Source of the DNA: Schizochytrium sp. TIO01
Taxonomy: Eukaryota > Protista > Bigyra: Labyrinthulomycetes
Assembly: GCA_004764695.1 (NCBI GenBank)
Contig: SMSO01000031.1
Coordinates: 2,704,436-2,768,435, forward strand
Length of the DNA: 64,000 nucleotides
Reading direction: 5' to 3'
Position 1 is the stretch's first letter, and the number at the start of each line of letters is the position of its first letter. The position numbers and the translations under genes are program-made. Positions 21,642-30,600 of the stretch are shown piece by piece. The notes under the pieces were generated by a model that worked only from the letters and a program-made list of their open reading frames with translations, made no database searches and was not told where the DNA came from.

Positions 21642-24600
21642 TTAGACAATCTGCATTTCAATATCTTCTTGGTTGTTTTGCATTCGAGAATGCTCTTGGT
21701 TCGTCTTTTCTACAGAAACGGCACCTCCTATCGAGGTTGTCTCACTTCTCTTTGCGGCTCGTCGAGATATGACTGAAGTTGGTCGATACGGCGGACCCCT
21801 AGTTTTGTCACCTCTTGTACTACTCTTCGACAAAACTTTAGATGGTCCAGACTCATATTCGACGCGGTTGTCATTCTGCACATTGATAACTGAGGATGAT
21901 GTTTCCTCAATGGACTTGACGGAATCAGCCACAGATGTATCCGCGTGGGAACCCGAGGACAACTTGGGTGGAGTAAGTTCCGCATGATACCGTGAAAGTA
22001 CTGAAGAACTTCGTCGAACCCGGAGAGATGAAAGCTTCTCATTTATCGGCGTGGTTATGTGTCCAATTGGTTTGGGGGGCTCTGCCGCCTGAAGTAGAGT
22101 CATGCCTGGATTATCTAATTCAACTTTCTCCGTCGTTTGATTTACATAAACATCCACACCATGACGAAAGTGCATGTGGTCTTTCAAAGCTTTACACCAC
22201 CGCACCTGCTCCTCAGGTGATGTTGCAAAGGTCAAGGACTGCAGCTTTTCTGTGTGCTTGCGATCCCAAAACTTAATCGTTACTAACTTGGAGGCAGACC
22301 CCTGGACTTCGGCAACACGAGACAGTTTTATAGAGCGAAGTTTTCCAGCATAATGATGAGCGCCATCTTTGGCTTTCACCATTGTCTCAAAAATAGCCAG
22401 CTCGTCTCTTTCCGGAAATAACGTGCCATAAACACTGCTTTTGTCGACCTCAAGACGGACCCAGCCTTCGCAAGCTACACGATAACCTACTGCGCCGGAT
22501 AAAGTACCAACAATAAGGCCTTGGACTCCCGATACAGAGGTTACCGAGGTACCAGAGGAAGAGCATGTCGATACACTTGGTTCTTCGTCAATAACCATGC
22601 CTGGGAGGCTACTTGCAATGCTGTCCGTGGACACCCCACTCTGAGGGCTCTTTACAGATTGAGGAGAAGACATTAATTTGTACAGAAGACCTGTAGATTT
22701 TGACGCATTTGGTGAAGCGATGGATGCCAGCTCAATGACAACGCGTTCATCCTTGTTAGGCTTCGTGTTATTCTGTACAGAACGTCCACATTGTAAACGT
22801 GCGCCGGTACTCTCCGCAATAGCTTCAGCCCACTCCATAGCGGCATGCTGCGTGTCGCACATGAACTCGACACGTTGAAGACCCATGGAGCGGTCACGAG
22901 GCTGGTTTCGAGCATAGCGATGACGCACGTGCGGGTAGTCTAGAGCATCAACTGCTTCCTCATCAAGAGAAGAACGCGTGCTCATACCGTCTTCGATATC
23001 AGCATACCCATGTTGAGCTTCCCGCTCTTGCAGGCGATACAGTAAGTCAAATCGCCACCCCCCATGTTTTGCTGATTTCTTCCCTTTAACCAAGACAGCC
23101 TCTACATGGCGTAAGTTAAGTCGGCCAAGCTCTTGTGGCCTTAGCAGGTGAGATTTGGAGTTTCCCTCTGACCATGCTTCAGTATCATTGTTATAGTAAA
23201 ATATATCAAGACCTTGTTTTGAAGCGTACCAGTGTTGCCAAATTTGTTGACCATTATAACCATTCTCAGAACGCTTCCATAACCAACCGAAGGGGAATCC
23301 TTTCTTTGCATTCTGCATGGAAGATAATTTAAGTGGGTTCAAACTTGGACCAAAACGAGCACTGTTGTTCATAAGCAATTGAAGATTTGTTTCGTCACGT
23401 ATTTGCCTATACTTGTGACGAGCATAGCCAACCAAGGCGCTCGTTAAACAACATGTGAAAAGAAGACCAAATATGAAGCCTGGCCAAAATACACTCTTCT
23501 TCACGATCTGAGTGATGGTATTAGTGGCGCCACTCGTGTCGTCGTCTGAAGAATCTGCCATGTTTGATATTGGGATCCACTGTGTAGGTATGCAAGTCCC
23601 TTGAGATGTCATACGTGCGTCCCCACTACACTCTGTACATGCCTCTCCGGAGTACCCAGCTTGGCAAACACAGCGCCCTAGCCCTGTGTGACATACCCCG
23701 TGCCCTGAACAATTCAAAGGACACCACAAAACAGCTTCGGGTAAAACGCAGTCTGATGGGCAACAACCTTTATCTGTGCAGCGTTCTCCAACTTCGCAGA
23801 CGTCGTTGCCACAATAACCGACAGCCAAAGTCGTGGCACTAGACACGTTGAGAACAGACTTAAGAACAGTTGTCCAGGTGCTCTGATTCGAGATTCGAAG
23901 CCAAGGCATCATACTCGATGGAGCAAGCTCAACTTTTGCGTTGACAGTCAGGATATCGCCAGATAATGATCCTTCATTGCTGAGAATCCGTCTCTCCTTA
24001 GTAGTTGTGGTACTCACTTCAGCTGAGATGAGCGACCACGACACATTTCGTGGCATATTTGTTGTTAATTCCTCGATAAGAGATACTTCAACATCCAAAC
24101 GTTGCTGGTCTTCGCGAAGCGACGCCTCGAGAGTACTTGAATACAAGCCAATAATGCTAACAGAAGCAGAACAGGAGCTGCCAGTTCCGTCGCATATACC
24201 ACAACGATCTAGCAGTCCGCTCAAGCAGCACAAACCTTCAGCATCGAGCAAAGTTTCGCAGCATTTGCCCTGAGCATCAATTGTAATCCCAGCGCCATTG
24301 CAAGTTCCACATGCATCGATACTGCCACTTGCGCAGCAGCTTCCTTCAAAATCAAGTACGCCAGTCGAACAGCATGTACCTTGAGCAGTTAATGTGGCAC
24401 TTGACAAATCACAGCAACCACCGTTGATGTCCAGTACTTGTTCATCCCCTATACATATAGTTTCGTTAGTAGTTTCAGAGCAATCTTCGCCGGACCAGCC
24501 TTTATCACAAACACAAGTTGAAGCAGCCGCATTGTCACATCTCCCATGAGGACCACAGTTGGTTTGACATGTTTCCACACAGCTCGAAGAACAAGTTTGT

Positions 24601-27600
24601 ACAGCGTACGGCTTTGTCAAATTTGCGCAAGCAAGGTCAGCGGTAACTTCTCCATAGCGATTTACGCACAGAACATCTCGTTCTTGCTGCATTAAGGAGC
24701 AAGAACCAACAATATCAACAGTTGTTGCTGTGCAATTCCTCCATGCACCGATACTCCAATAATACCAGACACCAATTGATCTGTAAGGCAATTGGCTAGT
24801 GGAAGATATCACCGTTCCAGGAACACATGCTTGCGTTAAATTTGGGCGACTTGTGGAGCTACAAGTAGAAGATGATTCACCTGTTGAATATGTAATACAT
24901 TCTGCGCTTCGCTGTGCTATATTTGTCGTGCGGTCGCAAACCCAGTCACTGACTGACCAAACATCTGTACACAAAGAAGTAGACAGAATATCTGATGAGA
25001 GTGTTGATACGCTATCGCATTTTGGTGTTCCTAGTAGATAGCCTGAAGCTCTCTCAAAGCACATATTGGGCGCGCTACGATACCATACAGGAGAGCATGA
25101 ATTTGACGATGCTCCCGTCACGACGCTCATGAAACGCATTGTGGCGTCTAAGCATCCGGTGCTACAAATTTGTGTTGTTTCAGGAGTTGCACTGCTACAG
25201 CGAGATGTACTAACTATAGAGCTACCTGCATCAATACAGTTTACAGTTCTAGTTCGTTCAGTACCACAAATTTGAGAAGCACAGAAAGCAGCTTGATCAA
25301 GATCTTCACCTAAGCTCCATGAACTTACATTCCAGTGAGTGGAAAGGCTACTGCACTCTTCTACCTGTTCAGAGGTACAAGGAATTTTCGATACAGGAAG
25401 GGGTGAAAATTTAAGGCACTTAGAAATATCATGCTCAATTTCCATCCAAGCATAGCTTTCGCTCCCATAGGATGCAAAGGCAGCTCCAATCCCGTAACCA
25501 ACGCAACGAACATTTCTATTTTGCTGAGGTTCTGATGAGCAATCACAGTCATTTGAACTGATGGATTCAAAATGATACGGTAAGACAACCTCAATTTGGT
25601 CTGACTGTGTTGTAGTCTGAGTGTCTGCCCCTATGACTACCTGTAGATTCCCAAGACCTGGTTCAGTTCGTTCATCTACTGCCCACTGGTATAAAACTTG
25701 TTTCTCATCTGAGCTCGAGCTAGAACCTTGCAATTTTTCCAGTGTAGTTGAGATTACTGTGGTAGATGTTTCGTTTAAGCTGTTTGCCACATTTTCAAAA
25801 GAGAGGCGGACTGGTGTTGAGCCACCTCCCGGAAGGTAGCCCTTGACAGTGATGATTACAAGGTGCTCATAGTAGCCTCCTTTAATGAAAGGAGCCAAAA
25901 CTGGAGCTACTGGACTAATAAATGTCACATCTAGAACATTGAGATATGTACGTATTGTTGTTGTTGCGCCGTCATTGTCAGTTACAGCAAGAACAAAGGC
26001 ATACAGACCAACAACAGGCTCAGTTACGCGAACGATTGAGGTGTTGCTACCAACCAGAGCAACACTCTCTGCAGCCTCTACTGAGCCATCAACAGAAGCA
26101 AGCGACCAACGATAGCTTACAATCGATCCACCTGAGTCAATATCATAAGATGCTCTGCCATCGAGTTGTGCTGGGTAGCTTTCAAGACTCACCGTTGCAT
26201 TTGGAGCCACGGCTACTGGGGCAGTATTGACAACAACTGTCACCTCATCAGAATTTGTACACCCATAAGCTCCTGTGACTGTAAGTCGAAAAATATATTC
26301 CCCGGCGACAGTCATTCCAAGCACCCCAGTTGTTCCATTAGTCGGCGAGGTGAGTTGCACACGGCCTGATTCAAGTGTAGGATGAGACACAACTTCCCAC
26401 GAATACTTGATTGCATTCTTTGAAGCAGATGCATACAATTGCGTATATGTCCTTGGTAGAGTCACAGAGTGTCGAGGTGAGGACCCTGCGGCATCTGCTG
26501 CCGCAGTTGGGCCTTCATTGACATCTAGCCTAGCAGCTGAAGATCTGTATGCACCAGCTACATTGGTGGCAATGAAGGCATAGTAGCCTTCATTCGAATT
26601 ATCCGGATCAGCAATTTTGAATATAGGATCTGTGGTTTGCCACGCTGCAGTTGAAGTGAATATTGAACTAGCCTCAGAGTATGTTGAACTAAAGTACCAA
26701 GCATAATGGATTGGAGATGTCCCAGAAATATTCACCTCTTGTTCAAATACATTTCCTGGGCATGCAGTCCGCAAAGTGTCAGGCCAGGTACTCGCATCTT
26801 CTAAAGTCGGAACCTTTGTCACATTAACGTCAATTGCCACTGAACTGGTCATGCCCAGACTATTGCTGACTACACAATAATAGGAACCTGCGGCTGAATT
26901 ATGAATATCATTAAGAAGCAATATACATGGTACATTTGCTTCCGTACAATTCGAAGGAGTTTGACGATACGCGTCACCATCAATAATCACAGCTTGTGTT
27001 ATATCGGATGACTCTTCATACTTGTACCATTGAAATGTCAAAGGCTCTAGTCCAGAAGCTACAACGCTAAGTGAAAGATCGTCACCTGGATTTGTCTCAA
27101 CGCTAGTGTTTGTGGCTTTAGGTTCTTGCTCTGTGATTCGTGGTGAATCGAAGACTCCGAGACTAGCCCATCTTGACTGTGCGCAGTCTGCTTCGTTGCA
27201 GGCATTGCATGAATATAAACCCTCGTCCACATTACTAGAGTTTATGATAGTCATCACAATGTCACTAAGCCCAGCGTTGGTTTGATAAGTTCCAATAGCA
27301 TCACTAAACATAGACGAGTTCCTCATTTCAATTGCTTCAATATCTGCGCCGAGGGACTCGGTGTAGTACCAAGTTACTGTGAAAGGTGGTGTTCCAGAAG
27401 TAAGCTCACATTGGAAGGAGCTATTATACGTAGGTAAGCGTGTCATGTCCTCAGGTGTACTAGCATTGATGATCGGAGGAAGAACAACAGTAACTTCAAG
27501 AGCTTCCGAAATAGCACCTTGAGGTTTCGCCGAATTTTTAACTCTACAGGTATAAGAACCAGTATGAGTAGTACTCACAGCATCCGTAATCAATAGCTGT

Positions 27601-30600
27601 GACGTGTAATCATCCTCGGAGCTAAGAGCGTAACTAGATGTCCCCGAAACGTTGTCTGTAGCTGCGTCTTCCAATACATCTAGTGCAGATCCGTCTTTAA
27701 GCCACGTGAATGTTAAAGGTGTTGAACCAGAACCTTTGCAAATCAATTGAGCCGTGCCACCCGTCAAAATACGACCATCAGTTGGCACCATCGTTACCGA
27801 GTCTATCTGTGCAGGTGCATTCACAGCAATTGTAATAGGAATAGACGTATCACTTCCAAGTCGATTGGAGACGCGTACGAAAATAGATCCTTCCTCACTG
27901 GGTGCGAATTTGAAACTTGGGGAATTCCCAGTCTGGCTTACAGCACCATTCAGGTACCATGTGTAATTTAAGGGCGCGATACCTGAAGCTAGAACTGTTA
28001 GATTTACCTGTTGCAACGGATCGACAGTCAATGAACCACCTTCAGCAATGGGTGACATACTTAAAATTGTAGGTGGATCGCGAACTGACAACTTTCCAAC
28101 AGTTTTAGAAGCTGAGCCAGCCGAATTGGTGGCATAGCATATATAGATTCCTTCATCATTCTGGCTCACATTGGTCAGAGCTAAAGTAAAACCGGTTTGG
28201 CCGGATACAATAGTACTACTTGTTGAAGAGGAGCTGGATTTATGCCTCCAGGTGACGGACTTAACAGCAGGATCCGCAGTTACATTGCACGAAAAGGATA
28301 CGTTTGCGCCAGGGTCTACAGTTTTGGTCACTTCGCTGGAAATAATTACGGGGGGATCATTTACTGTTACGCTTACAAAGTCGCTCGATACATTTCCAAG
28401 ATAATTTTCGACGGAAAGTAAATAAACCCCTTGCTCTGATTCTTTAATGTCTTGAATCTGTAGAATGCTTTCAAAATAGGCCAGTGATGTTACATTTTCT
28501 TGCATCACCACATCTGAGCCACCAACCCCTCGACGATACCACTTGTAAGTCATTGGAGGCGCTCCTGATACTGTGCACGAGAGTGTTGCCGTCTTGGACG
28601 GATCAGCTGTTACATTGATTGGCTGGTTAATGATTTCTGGTGCTCGCGCAATGTGAAGGTTGGCAGCATCACTTAGCACACCTGTCACGGAATTCAGATG
28701 ATTTGTTGCTCGGCAGTCATAACTTCCTTCATCCGCAGTCGTAACATTGAGCAGTACTAGCGTGCTGAGGGTGGCACTAGCACTGTCAATGTCTATCCCA
28801 TCTTTTCGCCACTGATACGACATTGGCGTTGCGCCAGCCACTACTACAGTAAAACTAACATTCGAATTCGGCTCAGCAAAAACGTCCAAAGGACTCAAAA
28901 CAATAGTGGGCGGGTCATTCACGTCAAGACGCATGGCACTTGATATTGCCTCCCCTATGTCACTTAAAACTTGGCAATAGTAGTTTCCCTCATCGCTTGT
29001 TGCTACATTGGAGATTACCAACTGACTGCTGGTATCATCTGAAGTCACCGCTCCTTTCTCAACTTCCGTGAGATTCCCAGAGTCATTGTCACCATCTTGA
29101 AGCCATGTGAAAGAAAGGGGACCAGTTCCATTAGCCTCGCACTTTAGTGTTATCGTGCCACCAGGATCAACTTTCTTAGTTGTGTTGGAGGTAGGGGAAA
29201 CTATTTGAGGAGGATCATTCACGGTTAGCATAACATTCACAGACTGAGTAACATTCAGATAATTGTACACAGTTACCGAATAAAGTCCCTCATTTACTTC
29301 TTCTGCTGCTTCAAATGTAAGGTTGGCCAGTGTATAATTATTTTCACTTATATAATCACCGTCCTTCATCCACAGATATGCCAGAGGCCTTGCTCCAATT
29401 GCCTCTACAGTAAACACTGCTCGCTCTCCCGGATTTACAGTTAGAGATTGAGGCTGGGTTATGATAATCGGAGGTGTGTTGACAACAATCTCGAGACTCT
29501 CACTTTCCGCTGATCCTGCTCCATTAGTGGCAACGCATGTATAATCACCAGCATGCTGCGTTGCAGTAATATTAGTGAAAACGTGAGTTTGCGCTTCAGA
29601 CACAACAACACCATTCAGCTCAATTGCATAAGTAACATTTTCTCCAACCGAGTCGCATGCAAGTGTAAAGTTTTCAGTTGAACTTTCATTTACACCGTTT
29701 TCTAAAACGCTCGCGGGGCTTACAGAGATTGTTACATTCGATGGAATATCCATGATATCTAGATATGTCGCATTAGAGGTGGCATTGTTGACCATATTTC
29801 CTACTATACATCGGTAGTTTCCCTGATCTGCCTCTGTCAAGTTATTAATATTGAGCTTGAAGTATGTTGCATCAATCTCGTTTCCAGAAGTCGCAGCTGC
29901 TCTAGAGTATTGTGTCCATGTAGTTGAGCCTTCGACCTGTCTCTCCCAGTATACTTCCATAGGAAAGGAGCCTGTAGCCGAGCACAAAAGTGACGTATTC
30001 AGGCCTGGTACACCTATTGTTGGCTTTGGATCAGATGCAATAACCACTGGATTATAGACATTAACGAATGCTGTGTTGCTCCTCACCGATGATACCTTAT
30101 TGGAGGCAATACATGTATAGTTTCCTTGATCTGTTTCTGCAACACTTGAGTATCTTAGAACAGCATCAGTTGACGTTAAAGTCGTGTTTCCAAACATCCA
30201 TCTATACGTAATGGGAGTGGATCCAGACGCAGTACAATTCAGCACTATATTTTCTCCAGGAATTAAATCAAGGTTTGTTAGGTTTTGGTCTATCGTAGGG
30301 GCAAATAAAACTTCAATAGACTTTGTTGCACATGCTGCTAGTCCTAAGCTGTCCGTAACTCGAAGACTGTATTCGAAAGTCCCGGGAACACCTAGGCTAC
30401 TGATCTTTGTAGTTGCGGAGTTTGGAGAAGAAATTTGACCTGCACTTGACGAAGCTCCACTAGGACTATCTACCAGAGTCCACAAGTATGAAGATATTGT
30501 TGAGCCATATAGTGCCTTTGAAGCAGATCCTGTCAGCTCAACTTGACTAGCTGGGTATGCCACACTCGTGGTGGAGTTTCCAACATCAATTTGAGGTAGA

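Noticed and set aside
21780-21825. RGD and GPPY motifs in the receptor tail
   Set aside because: The RGD is cytoplasmic. GPPY is not a canonical PPxY, and the neighbouring HECT ligase shows no WW domains.
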